Assembly (NCBI GenBank): GCA_051294375.1
Contig: CM119271.1
Span: 10,667,376 to 10,731,375, forward strand
From: Paraspadella gotoi
Lineage: Eukaryota; Animalia; Chaetognatha
Direction: 5' to 3'
Length of the DNA: 64,000 nt
Positions 11,661-30,085 of this stretch are shown here, piece after piece (position 1 is the first letter of the stretch; every line of letters starts with the position of its first letter). The notes under the pieces were generated by a model. It saw nothing but the letters and a program-made list of their open reading frames with translations. It was not told the DNA's origin and ran no database searches. A program made the translations under genes and the position numbers.

Positions 11661-13717
11661 ATGTCCTGCACGATGCCGTCGTTGGACTCCATATTAAAAG
11701 ACACGAACGGCGGTGAGGCCTCGCCGACGTCTTTCGGCTCCGGCTCCGCCTTCTCCTCGGAAACGGACTACCTGCAAAAGTCATTGTCGGTCTGGATCGA
11801 GGGACAGTTCGCGACGCCGCCCGGATCGTGGCGGAGAGAGCCCACGCTCGATCCCCCGGTCCCGCTGGACATTTGCACGGCGGCGAGTATTGGAAAAATC
11901 GAACTCGTCAAGACGATCGTGGAATCGAGCGACGCCGCCGGTCGAGACTTGAACCGACGAAATCGCGGCGGATGGACGCCTCTCATGTACGCCGCTCACA
12001 ACCGCCACGACGCCATCGTATCTTTACTTCTCGACCACGCCCTCGACGTCGACGTCAACGTGAAGAGCGGCGGCGGAAAGGACGTCACGGCGTTGATCCT
12101 CGCCGCCTCTTGCGGCAACGAGTCCATCTGCCAAGCGTTGATTCGCCGCGGCGCCGACGTAGACGCCCGCGATCGCAAGGGATGGACGCCGCTCTTCCAC
12201 GCCACCAACGGCGGCCACGCCAACGTGGTGCAACTCTTGCTGCGCGAAGGCGCCGCTCCCGAATGCTACGAGCCCAAGCACGAATTCACGCCGCTCATGC
12301 TCGCCGTTTGGGAGAAGCAGGAGATGATCGTCAAGAGTTTCCTCGATCACGCGACGACGTCGGCCGACGCCGCCAAGCGGATCTGCCGCTGCGTGGCGAT
12401 GAAGAACGCCGGCGGCGACACGGCCAGATCCATCGCGCTCAAGCGGGAATTCGACAAGATCGTCTCCCTCATCGACGAGTTTCTGACGGGAGCTCGATCG
12501 GGGAATCATCGAAGATCCGACGCCGACAATTTCCCCAGCATTCTCGACGGACCCAAAGCCTTTGAGAAACTCGTGACGCGAAAACCCAATCACGATCGCG
12601 CGGCGACGAGACTCGCGGCGCCGGTGGCGCCCGCGGAACCGGAACCCGACGCCGATGATGATCCTTTCGGCAACACCGCTGCCGTCACGGTTCGTTCCAA
12701 CGGGAGTCGGAACCCGACGCAAGGACTGGCGACTGCGTTTGGGGAAAGGTTTGTGACTTTAGTTGGTGTTTTATAAGCATTAATCGCGTCTTGATAAGAC
12801 CTTTTTTTGGTGTCAGTCTTTATCTCTCTTATTGTTAAAAAATAATAGAAATTTTTAGGGTGGAGAATTTTTAATAATGAAAAAAAAAATAAAGCTGCAA
12901 TATTAAGCATTATTATTTAATTCTGTTTAAACTTTAACGCAATCCTTTTATTTCGACCCGATTCTCTTACAGACTCAAAGTCAAAGATCCTCCATCTCTC
13001 CCGCCTCCAACCGTTCCTCGTCCCCACGAATGCGACGCCTCCGAACTCCCCGACCTCTCCAAGATCCTGGCCTCCCTCGGCCAACACAAATACCTTTCCC
13101 TCTTCGAAGAGCAAGACATCGATTTCCCCGTCTTCTTGACTCTCACCGACGCCGACCTCAAGGAGATCGGCGTCAACCTCCTCGGACCGAGGCGCAAGAT
13201 GACCTCCGCCATCGCTCGATTCAACGCCTCCGTCGGCGCCGCCAGAGATTTCGGCGGAGAGAGAGAGGTCGGAACCGACGCCGCCGCTGCGGGAAAGACC
13301 GAAGCTCGAAGGGACGCCGCGTTTCGGCCGGACGGCGCGACTGCTTCGGAGGAGAGAGCGGTGCGCGCTGCGCTGCGTCAGACTCTTCTCTGCTTGGAGG
13401 AGCTCCGCGAATCCGTCTCGCTCGGCCGACGACGCGGCGAAGAGTTGGAGAGAGAGTTGGAACCCTTTCTGGCGCCGACGCGGTCGCAGCGGCAGCGGCA
13501 GCGGCAGGCGACGACGTCCCGGGAGCAGCAGCCGCGGAATTCCTGTGATATTTGCCGGACTGAGTCGGAGTCGGTCGTCGACGTCGCGGATCGATTCAGG
13601 ATCGAAGTGGATCGATTGTTGGCGACGCAGGCGGAGTGCATCGAGGAGACGATGAGGAGGATCGGAGGAGGAGGAGGAGGAGACGGGCCGGGTTATCGTG
13701 CAAATTCTTTGTTATAA
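11661..13717 (+). CDS. ANKS3: Ankyrin repeat and SAM domain protein 3; intron at about 12749-12972
   Basis: PLDICTAASIG followed by ankyrin repeats (GWTPLMYAA, TALILAASCGNE, GWTPLFHA). SAM domain LGQHKYLSLFEEQDIDFPVFLTLTDADLKEIGVNLLGPRRKMTSAI. Confidence 0.88.
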
Positions 13718-14650
13718 ATCTCTCGATATACTATTATGTTTTATTAATTTTTTTTTCATGCTCAATGGACAAGAGATTCTATTTTTTTTATTTGACGCTT
13801 TTATATCGATTTTTTTTTTAAAATACTATTAGACTAGAAAATTTTTTTTTCTGAGATAGATGTTTCGTTGTTTCTTAAATTTGAAATTTGTTCGTTATAA
13901 AATGCCTTTTTAATTAGACATTCCTGAAACTAGTTATCTGTACAAGATAAAGATAGTTTTATCGATTTTTTTTTGTCAATGTTTAAGTGTATCTTCGTGT
14001 TATTTGCGAGTCTTTAGTTTGGAATTTAAATTTTTGTTGTTGTTTAAGAGTTGTTTAAAAAAGTTGGATTTTTACGAAGACCTTAATTATGCTGTTTTGA
14101 TCAAACTTAATCGTGCCGTTAAACCGCCTAAAGTGCTATTGCTTTGTCCTACAGATTTTCAGCGATTGTCTTTTGTTGATTGTGCGATGATTCGCTCGAA
14201 TTCGACACCAGGGCATTTTTGAGGATTGCTAAGGATTACGTCCTCTTAGCTCGCAGGAATTTTGTTCTTAAGTAAATTTTTATCTCCTCTGTCTCGACGT
14301 CTTTGGCCCAAAGTTTGGGGAGTAAATGCTGCATAATTCATTAAGAGGACAATCTTCCCCAGGAATGCCCTTTCTTTTTACATCTTCCTCTTTTCTCTCA
14401 AAAGAAGGATTCGCTAATTTAATTGTCATTGTTTCCTCGACAAAAAGACTAAGTTGCGGAAACGAACGTAGTCTGAATTTAATCTCTTCTCGATGCAATA
14501 GTATTTCTCTTCGATTCTCTAATGTCCTTAGGGCCAAGTCAAGTGTCATTTTTAGACCTAAAAGGAAAACAAAAATTTGATCCGAGTTTCCTTCGCCCGA
14601 TTTATTTTTCAGAAATATATCTTGAATAATTTTTTCAGAATATCTTGATT

Positions 14651-16294
14651 ATGCCAAACGTTTCTCGATGTTCATCGATGTTGACGACGAAAAAACTTCT
14701 CATTCTCTACGCGTTTTCATCCTTCGTCGCTCTTCTTTATTTGATGATCTGGTGTTCGGCCGACAAGGATCGTTCCAGGAGAATATACGAGGCCAGTTTA
14801 ATGGGTTATACCTTGAGTTTTTTGGTCTGATATTCTTAATTTACAATTTATGAAACATAATTTACAGGCCCAAATCGAACGCGATAGGGAGAGTTTGCAC
14901 GAATCCAAACTCAGTCTCCGAAAACTCGAAATCGAGTTGAGAAAAAAATATCCCCAAGAGTCGCGATCCATACAAGAAAAGGCGGCGACTGAGGTACCAA
15001 TATTATCAGATAAATCTATAGGCAGTTCTAGACTGTTAAATAACATTAAATGAATGGATAATTTTTATATTGGTTGTACCAATTTCATAAAATTCAGCTC
15101 CTTGTATTTTGATGCTAGTGCGGAGTACAATAAGTATTCCCCGATCTAATACTTAAGGGAGTGGTCTTTTCATACAATTTAAACCTTCTTTGAAATATTA
15201 TACCACTTCATTGATAGGGAAGCCAGGTACTCTGGGAGTGAATAAACGAGACTGTGAAAGAGTCTTGATTGAAAACTTGCAGGGACCTGCTATGTAATTA
15301 TCTTGTAAGAGTGATGGAGGCCTTAAACCACCAAAGCCTGTCCAAAGTCAGGGGCAAGATAGCTTATTTATTAAATGAATGGATAATTTTTATATTGGTT
15401 GTACCAATTTCATATTGAGGCGATCAAATCGACAAAAAATTAATCTACAAAAGCCCGCCGTTATCATTTTCTTATACCATCTTATACCATTCTCAATCTT
15501 ATACCATTCCCCTATTTTCTTAGCTGCCATGGATCTACGCCATCACCCCCACCTACAAACGGCTCGTCCAGAAGGCGGAACTGACCCGCCTCTCCCAAAC
15601 TCTCGTCCACCTCCCCAAATTCCACTGGATCGTCGTTGAGGACGCCGAGGAAACGAGCGCCCTCGTCGCCGATCTCCTCGCCTCATCCGGCATTGTCTTC
15701 ACTCACCTCCACGCCACCACCCCGCCAGATTATAAACTGGAAACCAATCAGCCCAACTGGTTCAAGCCCCGCGGCGTGCTGCAGCGGAATCGCGGGTTGG
15801 CCTGGCTCCGCGCCAACCGATTCCCGTGGCGCGACGATGGCGTCGTCTATTTTCTCGACGACGACAACACCTACGACCTTCGTCTCTTCGAGGAAATGCG
15901 CTCCGTCGATCGAGTCGGCGTCTGGCCCGTCGGCCTCGTCGGCGCCCTTCTCTACGAGGCGCCGATCGTCGGCGTCGACGGCGGCGTCGTTGGATGGCAC
16001 TCGGGATGGAAACCCGAGGAAAGGCCGTTCGCTATGGACATGGCCGGGTTCGCCGTCAGGCTCAAACTCATCTTTCTCTTTCCCGACGCGGTCTTTGGGC
16101 TGAGGGTCAAGAGGGGATATCAAGAAGGGTCACTGTTGGCCAAGATGAACGTGAGCCTGGCCGATCTCGAACCAAAGGCCAACAACTGCACCGAGGTCCT
16201 CGTCTGGCACACGCGAACGGAGAAGCCGGAGATGAAGATGGAGAGAAAGTATCAGCGGTTGGGGAAAGGGTCGAGGATGGATGTCGTCGTTTGA
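14651..16294 (+). CDS. GT43 beta-1,3-glucuronyltransferase (B3GAT/GlcAT family); 3 exons
   Basis: N-terminal type II TM segment, then LPWIYAITPTYKRLVQKAELTRL, VYFLDDDNTYD, RPFAMDMAGFAV and LEPKANNCTEVLVWHTRTEKP. The paralogue (B3GAT1/2/3) cannot be resolved by eye. Confidence 0.93.
15045..15414 (+). repeat. Interspersed repeat, copy 2, bounded by 45-bp direct repeats, in a B3GAT intron
   Basis: ATTAAATGAATGGATAATTTTTATATTGGTTGTACCAATTTCATA at 15045-15089 and 15370-15414. The interior matches 3143-3382. Confidence 0.88.
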
Positions 16295-16593
16295 GGCGTC
16301 GCTGAAGGAATTTCGAGCCTCTCATCACTCTTTATGCGTTTTACTTTTAATGCTATAATGCCCTAATGCCCTAATGTCATGAAAAAGAACGATTATGAAC
16401 GAGTGCAATCCAGAAATTTGTTCTATTTCCCCGAGCGATCAAAAATCTTTAGTACAAAATACGCGTTTTACGAAGTTTTACGACAGCTACTGTCCTTAAC
16501 TTCGCGCATTTTTTTTCACACATCTCATTGTTAACTAAGTCATTGTTGTTGTTGGTTATTTTTTACCTTTTCAATCCTTCAGCTTTGGTCCAA

Positions 16594-17386
16594 ATGATCG
16601 GCCCCCCCTGTCGATTGAAAATGATAGAAATTGACTCCGGCTCGTCTTCCTCCGAAGACGATTTCATTCCCTTGTGGAACGAAAAGCCCAAACCCTTGGT
16701 ATCGCGAATCAAGTTGCCGCAGGCGATGGTAATCGCTTTTTAGAGAATCATCGGTTGGTCGATCGATCCGTCCAAACAACATGATCGAATCTGTTTTCAC
16801 TTACAGCTTTCACACGAACGAAAGTCGCTGCCGCCTTCGATGACCCTTTCTAAAAAAGTGGCGTCATCGCCGACGACGATTCCTAAACGCTCCGCAGGTC
16901 GGGGACGGGGAAAGAATTCTCTAGCGCCGTCAGTCGGTAAAGCGGCTTCTTCAACGGCGTCGTCCTCATCGCTCGAAGTCATCGACGACCCTGCCGCACC
17001 TGGCGATCCATTCGGACTGGGTTTCGTTCAGCTGAACCAAAGGTGAAGCGGGGAACTTGGATTGGGTTTTTTTTTTTTACGGTGACGTTTGAGAAGTTTA
17101 GAATTTAATCGTTCTCAAAAGTTAATCGTTCAACTGTAGTAATTATGGTAACTGTAGTAATAATTTGTTATATAGTGATTAAAATTTAACGAATCTACGA
17201 TTCTCCAAAATGTTTCTTGTTTCTTTTTAACTTCTCCCCCATTTTATCATGGCCAGAGCATCCCCGCCCACCCTCAATCTCACGCCGGACGAATACAAGA
17301 CGACGGTGGAACGGACGCCTCTCGGCGGCGCCGAACGGATGGAATCTCAGGCGGAGAAAATGGCCAGATTCGGGCTCAACGTCTAG
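16594..17386 (+). CDS. Uncharacterised ~170-aa Ser/Pro-rich protein; 3 exons (about 16594-16728, 16807-17042, 17257-17386)
   Basis: Three GC-rich segments are joined in frame by GT-AG introns (ATG|gtaatc..ttacag|CTT; CAA AG|gtgaag..ggccag|A), ending ...QAEKMARFGLNV*. No recognised domain. Confidence 0.62.
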
Positions 17387-17663
17387 GGCTCTTCTTGAAA
17401 CTTTTATTGTTGTTACAATCATTCCGGATATTAAAAACAAATTATACAATTATACAAGTAAACAAATACTATTAATAAAATTAGGTTATTAGCTTATTAG
17501 ATTAATTTCTTTAATATTGTTGGACTTTGGTGATTGTTAACATTAAATAGTTGTTTTCGCTCCGATCGTGTCTTAAAAATTATATTTTTCTTTATTTATT
17601 GTTCGCTTTATACTTCTCGTCACATTTGCAATTTGGCATGTATATTCTCTACTAGAAGTCAAA

Positions 17664-19604
17664 ATGAACGGCAATGAAAAAGATAATCCCGCGGAGCCGT
17701 CGGTCAACGACGACTCCGAGTCTCGACCAGAAACTCCTTCCAAAAGTTCAGTCGCGCCCTCTGGTGCATCCGCCGACCCAGCGACCGCCTCGGCATCTCC
17801 GCTTCGCTCCAACGCCATCGTAATTTCCGGCGGCGGAAAGCGTCGCCGTCTTTTGTCCGGTTCCGGACCTTCCAGCGGACTCTTGGGCGCCGTCCCACCT
17901 TCGCCACCAAAATTCGCAACCTTGGACGAGATTATGAGAGCGGCGTCGGGCGTCACTAATATGGTATCGGATCGGATCTCAATCATTTCCTTTTTTCCAT
18001 TCGACTTGGTAAAACTTCCTTTTGCCTTCAAATCCCATCCCAGGCGTTGGCGCACGAGATTGCCGTTGACAAGGACTTCAAGCTGGAAAAAGCGGATCCG
18101 CCTTCATCTTCATTCCAGGGCGCGCTCAAGTCGATGGTACACCGTGCCTTCTGGGACATTTTGGAAGAGAGGCTCAACAGCGACCCTCCGGAGTACGAGC
18201 GCGCCGTCAAGATCTTCGAGGACATACGCGAGATGCTCAAGGGCCTGCTATTGCCGCAGCACGAGCGTCTCAAGCGGCAGATCGAACAAGTTTTGGACAT
18301 GGACGTCATCGCGCAGCAGGCGGAAGCAGGGACAATCGATCCCTACGGGTGAGTTTTTTGAATAAAAAATTGTGAAAAATTGAGTTAAATTTATTTTTTT
18401 TTAAATTTATTTTGTTTATACATATAATGATATATAATGATATATAAAATGATATATATTTTGTTCAGTTACACCGACTTTGTGCTCAACTTAATGGCGA
18501 AGCTTTGCGCGCCAGTTCGCGACGACGACATCGCTTCCCTCCGCAGCCGCCAAGAGTCCCGCTCCGACCTCGTCGCCCTCTTGCGATCCATCGTGGAAAC
18601 TCTCGAGCTGATGAAGATCGACATGGCCAACTTCACCATCCAACAGCTTCGGCCCTTTATCCAAAGTCAGTCCGTCGAGTACGAAAAGCAAAAATTTTCC
18701 GAGTTTCTGCAAACGCAATCTGACGGCCTGCTCTATACTCGTAATTGGTTATCCGCGGCGTTGGAGTCTTCGTCCAAACTCAATGAACAGGCGGGCGACT
18801 CGCTGGACTCATCGACGCAATCACCACTCACGCCCGCCGCAGTTCTCGTCGACGCTTTCGTCTCCCTCTTCTTTCGCGACGAATCTCTACCATATCCCGA
18901 GACGTTGTTAATGGACGAAGGGCGTCTGCTCCACCTTCGCGATCAGTTCCATCGGATCGTTCTCGTCGGCTCCGTGCTTTTGCTCGTGTACAATGCCGTT
19001 GGAGGACCCATCGCCGGATTGGCGGCGCTCAAGTCGCAGCTGAAATCTTCCGTCCAAGTGCTGCTCGGGGCGCTACCTTCCGAGGCGCAGGTGAGAAATT
19101 TGTAGGGAAGAGAAGAGTTTTGAATACTTAAGTTTTCAACCTCTGAAAAGAATTATGCTTTCTAATTTTATTGTAATTTAAAATTCGATATCTTCCAAGG
19201 GGGATTCTAGCGAAGGAGCGTCGTCAAACGCCGATTCCGAACTCGCGGAAAAACTGAGCCAAATCTTCGAGCGCGTTAAGGCCGACGTGGAATCCAGTCT
19301 CACATCCCACGGATTCCGTTCTCCCTCCGATGAGACTTGGTCCGCCCTTCGTCTCCAAATTACCGGCCTTCGCAGCCCCGACCAACCCGTCGTCGTCATC
19401 GTGTCCAAGCGGCTCGGCGACTTCGTCAAGGCCGTCATCGAAGCCAAAGACTCTCTGCAGATTCCCGCGGGCCTCTCGGGGCTGCAAAAGGAGATCCTCG
19501 ACATGGTTTCCGCCTTCATGAGGATCGTAACACACAACAGGGCCGTCTATGGCGATTACTATCAGGACATCATTCAGACTTTGACTCGACCAATCAGTCA
19601 GTAG
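17664..19604 (+). CDS. T-complex protein 11-like (TCP11L1/2 family); 4 exons
   Basis: NMALAHEIAVDKDFKLE, MVHRAFWDILEERL, LMAKLCAPVRDDDI, LELMKIDMANFTIQQLRP and YPETLLMDEGRL are TCP11 family motifs. Confidence 0.9.
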
Positions 19605-20033
19605 CTGGATTAGAAGTTCATCAACCCGTTTGGACGTGCAGGATTTGGGTGATCTGTGTCGTCGTCGAACCCATGATTTCAAACGACGATAGGTTAAAGA
19701 TCGATCGTCTTAGTTTGTTTTTATTAGCCGTAGTTTTTCATTGTTTTTGATTGTGAGTTTGAAAATCACAGTGGTGTGATGCAAGTCAGTATATCTTATT
19801 GTGTTTGCGGCAGATATCTTCTTGTTCCCATTAGTTAGTGATACGAGATATCTTCTAGTCTTTTGTCGTTCATCTAGTTTTTGTTTTTCTCACGTCCATG
19901 GGTCAAAGAGACGTAATTTTTTTTTTCCGTTGATTTCGATGTTTATAAACTTATATTCGAAATAAAATTATTTCATTAATTTCAATTTGTTTCGTATTGA
20001 CTCCATATTTTACGAACCACGACGCCTCCTTAG

Positions 20034-21226
20034 ATGAAAGACCACAGCCCGTCCCGCGCCCCTAAATGGCGCAAGATTCTGTACGAGCGTCTCCCGTTCG
20101 CTGACAACCACGTCGACGCCTCTTTCCTCGTCGAACTTCGCAAGAACATCTCGACCCGCATCCACTCGTTGGGCGTCGTGATTCGCGAGGCTGAGGTCGT
20201 CTCCCGTCAACTCAGCTGCGTCGCTCTTTTCGTCGCCGTCTTCGCCGGCCTCTCAACCGGCGTCGCGGCGCCCGTCAACGTCGTTGCCGCCGGCGTCGGC
20301 TGCGTCGTTGCCGGCGGCGTCATTTTTCGCTCCATCGAGCCGGACCGCGTCTCCTGGTTCCGTTTGGCTCTTTCCTGCATTCCTTATCTCGCGCTTTGTT
20401 TCGGTTTGTCTCCGATTTTGATGACGCTGACGCGGACGATATCGGAAGACACGCTTTATGCGATGACGGTCGGAATGTTGCTCTGCTACCTCATTTTCTA
20501 CGATTACAGGTAGCTGGAATCTTGGAAGAGAGATCGTTATTGCAGAATATTGAGATCCTTGGAGCTTATTGGCGTAAATTTGTTGTTGTCTTCTTCTCCT
20601 GGAAGCGTGCTAAAATCTTTATCCTTTTGCCTTTTTCAAGCTATTGTTTTTTCTTCTTGTGAGATGAGAATTGGGAAGGTGAGGTTAGGGGAGTCCTTGA
20701 GACGAGGAAAATTTGTCCTGGTAAGATCGGAGAATTCTATAGAGCGGTTCAATATTTGGCGACCCGCTTCCGTCTTCTGCTTTTAGTTCCACGGCGTCGA
20801 TGGTGTCGTCGCCGGTTTCTCTCAACGCCGCCTTCTTCGCCTCTATCTGTCTCGCGTCGCGCCTTCCATCGGTCCTTCACACTTTCGTCATTGTCACCGT
20901 CGCTTTGGTCACTTTCGCTCTCTGGCCCGAGCTTCATAGGTGCCAAGCATTTTTTAATCTGTGCTCCGTGATTCCATCGTAATCGCCCATTTGACGTAAA
21001 TAGGAAACTCTGCGCCCGTACGCCGCCTTGGTTCCAGGACGGAATGACCCTAGTCTTTGCGGCGACGTCGGTCGGCGTCACCTCGCGATTTTCTGGCGTT
21101 GGCGCGATTCTCTTGTCGCTCTCTCACCTTTTCGTCGTCGTCCTCTGCCCCGCCATCTTCGTCAGAATGCAGAAGGACAAACACAACATCTACGGACCCT
21201 GGGACGAGGCCGTCATTTCTGATTGA
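20034..21226 (+). CDS. PIGC: Phosphatidylinositol N-acetylglucosaminyltransferase subunit C; 3 exons
   Basis: WRKILYERLPFADNHVDASFL, LSPILMTLTRTISEDTLYA, SLNAAFFASICLASRL and C-terminal KHNIYGPWDEA. Confidence 0.93.
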
Positions 21227-21354
21227 CATTTACTTTCTTCAACGCGCGACCACCGTTATTTTTGGTTTTACGTTTTGGAAAGAATCTCTTCTATTTATTC
21301 ATTGATTATTGATCGATTTATTCAGCCAATTCAGTCTATTTATTTTGATAAACA

Positions 21355-25355
<4,001 letters not shown>

Positions 25356-25531
25356 CTTTTTTTTTTTTGTGATCCTCTCCGGCTTTTACGAATTTTTGCC
25401 GATCGTTTTGCCAAAAACTATAAGTATTTTATATGGAAATCTAAATGTTAGTTCGATTTCTCAATTTTTGTTATTGAAGTCGTTTGTTCTTGACTAAAAC
25501 GAAAAAAAAAAAAAAACCGCGAAAAAAAAAA

Positions 25532-26899
25532 ATGATTACTAAAAGCCCCATGGTCGTCGCCAAGCAAAACTTGTGCGCTTCTCTCAGTCAATCGGAATGG
25601 AAGTCCTACTTGGGTTTGATGAAGCAATGGTTCAAAGGCATCATCACCAAGGAGACCTTCGACGCAGAGGCTCGCTCCCTTTGCAAAGATCGTCGGAGTC
25701 TTCACCACCACAACCAACTTCTTTTGGCGCTCTTTGTCTCGTGCAACTCCTTCTCCGGCGGGAGCGGCGGCACTCCCTCGGCGCCTTCCCCGGCTCCCTC
25801 CGTCATCGACGATGCCAAGAAAGCTGGCGGCGTTTCGGCAACTATCGGCGCGGCGTCCAACGCCGCTTCGCCGGCGTCTTCGAGTTCCGTCGGTGCAAAA
25901 GCCAAAGACAACGCGAAGGGGAAGAAATTGAAAAAGCCGAAATCCAAGAAAATCTCATTTCATAACAATTTCACGCCGACGAATCCGCTCGCGTATGCAG
26001 TACAGGTGTGGGAAGCTATTGTGTAATATTAACGGTATTTAACTTAACAATAATATATTTTTCATTATCTCATTGCAGATGGTCTCAAAAAGTCCCGAGG
26101 AAGAGCGAGGAATAGCGTTGACGTCACGCACGCGAACTTTACCCGACGCCTCCATGGTTCACGGCCGCTTGCTGGTGGGCGCCTGGGACGCCGGCCTCGA
26201 CGCCGTCCAAGAAAACGCCGTTCACTTACTCTGCAACGCCGTCGAGATGCATATGAGAGAAATCCTCGTGGCGATGGTGAGAAGATTGATATGTAACTGT
26301 CACTCTCGATTTTCCTTGTACTTACCTCTAACTTACCTTACCTTTTCATCATTTATCAACACTATTCAACAGATTAAAAATCGGAAAGCTTACCAACTTC
26401 GCGACGGACGGTTTCCGACTCACTTTGGCAGCGAACAATCTAACGGTTTTGCACGCAACTCGTCAAAAGCGTTGCCCTCGCTTCAACGGAGGGTTCGTTG
26501 TCCAAAAAGCGTCAATAAATCAATAAATAAATCCAATAAATCCAATAAATCCACCAAGCAAATTAATTAAAATCAGTCATTCACCCCCAACTTCCTCCGC
26601 AGTCGTCGACTTCCGCCGAACTCGACGAGGACGACGTCGCCTGTCACTTTGCTCAGTCGGCGGCGCCGGCCGTCAAACGGCGCCGCACGCCGCTGACTCT
26701 GATGCATCTCCGCGACGCGCTGACGCGGCACCGGAGCTGCATCGCCTCTCACACCGTCTACGCGATCAACATGGAGAGAATCCTCAACGCTTTTGATCAC
26801 CCGACGAGGGAAGACGAGGAGCAAGGGGAGCAGATAATGAAGGAGAGGGGGAGGAAGAAAGAGACCGAAGAATACAACGCGCTCGTTAAGAATTGGTAG
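25532..26899 (+). CDS. TADA1: SAGA complex subunit transcriptional adapter 1; 4 exons
   Basis: AKQNLCASL..YLGLMKQWFKGIITKETFDAEARSL..HHHNQLLLAL, LPDASMVHGRLLVGAWDAGLD and HTVYAINMERI match TADA1 motifs. Confidence 0.88.
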
Positions 26900-27305
26900 C
26901 CGGCTTTACGTAAATAGTATCGTTTTAATTCGTTAATTCGTACTGTAGTATTTCGCCAGGTTTTCGCTTATATATTGCCATTTTTATTTAATCGATTTTT
27001 CTTCTTATGTTACAATCTTATGATTTTGTGTATGCAGAAGCAAATCTAATTCAAGATTGACGTGTTTGATAAAATAATTTACTTGATAAATCTTGAAATA
27101 CATTTGTCTTCTTTTATGTTTTTCTCAAAAATTCCCACTATGCATAATATGCATTGCATATTCCTTCTGCTACCATGACTGATATTTAGCCGCGATGACG
27201 AGCGTTTCTGTGATAAAATTATCCTCCTTTTCTAGTTGTGGTTTATTTCCTTTTCCGCCCAAAGAGTAAAACAAAAAGATTTGAACTCAAGACCATCAGT
27301 CAATC

Positions 27306-29098
<1,793 letters not shown>

Positions 29099-29518
29099 GA
29101 TTTTTTTTTCCCTTGGCCGCGTTAGTAGACTTTTTTTTTTTTTAAATTAAACTATTTGCTGCCGCGTTGCGTTTAACTGGTTCGTAGTCTCTTGAGAAAT
29201 ACGTCATTGTAATAGCGCTTTATCGCTTTTTTTCCTCTTGAATCCCGCGATGTTTAATTTTTTTTCTTAATCATGAAGTCTAAAGATTTAACTGATAAGC
29301 CTGAGGTTTTCCCCATTTTCATGAAACGTAGTTTGTTAATCACAGCTATGTTTCAAAGCGTTAAGCTATTTTCACTTAGATAGAAATCTCACCCTTTGTA
29401 TCTCAAAAATCGGGATCCATTGTTTTTTCTCGTCTTTTAGTAAAAAACAAAAACAAAAACATGAACGCTGTCGCCGATCGCCAGAAAGTCCGACTATTCT
29501 CGAACTGAAAAAGCGAAG

Positions 29519-30085
29519 ATGGAGAGCGACGAGCGATTCCCCGAAGATCGCGACGCCTCGGGCGCCGGTGGCGCCGCCTCCTCCGGCGCCAGTTTCGAGT
29601 GTAACATCTGCTTCGAGGTTGCGAGCGACGCCGTCGTAAGCCTCTGCGGTCACCTTTTCTGTTGGCCCTGCATCCACCAATGGCTGGAGATGGGACCACA
29701 CCGGCAGACCTGCCCCGTCTGCAAGGCCGCCGTATCCAGGGACAAACTCGTACCGCTCTACGGTCGCGGTTCCGACAGCAACTCCGATCCCAGGGACAAG
29801 GTTCCGCCGCGACCGAGCGGGCAGCGAACTGAGCCGCCGCCGGAAAACAACTTTTACGGAGGATGGGGACATCCCGGCGCCGGTGGCGGGGGCGGCGCTA
29901 ACGGCTTCCACATGTCATTCGGCGTTGGCGCGTTTCCCTTTGGATTCTTCTCCTCGACCTTTAACGTCGGAGGCGGTGACTTCGCCGCCGGACAGCAAAG
30001 AGGTGGAGGGGAGGATCAGGAGGTCCTCTCCAAAATGTTTCTCATCATAGCTCTAGTCTTTATTTTTTGGATGATTATGGTTTAA
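29519..30085 (+). CDS. RING-HC tail-anchored E3 ligase, RNF5/RNF185 family; intronless
   Basis: [81 protein letters not shown] and a C-terminal TM segment. Confidence 0.95.
   Translation: MESDERFPEDRDASGAGGAASSGASFECNICFEVASDAVVSLCGHLFCWPCIHQWLEMGPHRQTCPVCKAAVSRDKLVPLYGRGSDSNSDPRDKVPPRPSGQRTEPPPENNFYGGWGHPGAGGGGGANGFHMSFGVGAFPFGFFSSTFNVGGGDFAAGQQRGGGEDQEVLSKMFLIIALVFIFWMIMV

Noticed and set aside
14000-14580. Minus-strand coding-like stretch (ORF 14280-14549) that would break the co-orientation
   Set aside because: Short, AT-rich, unlike the codon style of real exons and without a recognisable domain; more likely a decayed insertion, as is the similar stretch in PIGC intron 1.
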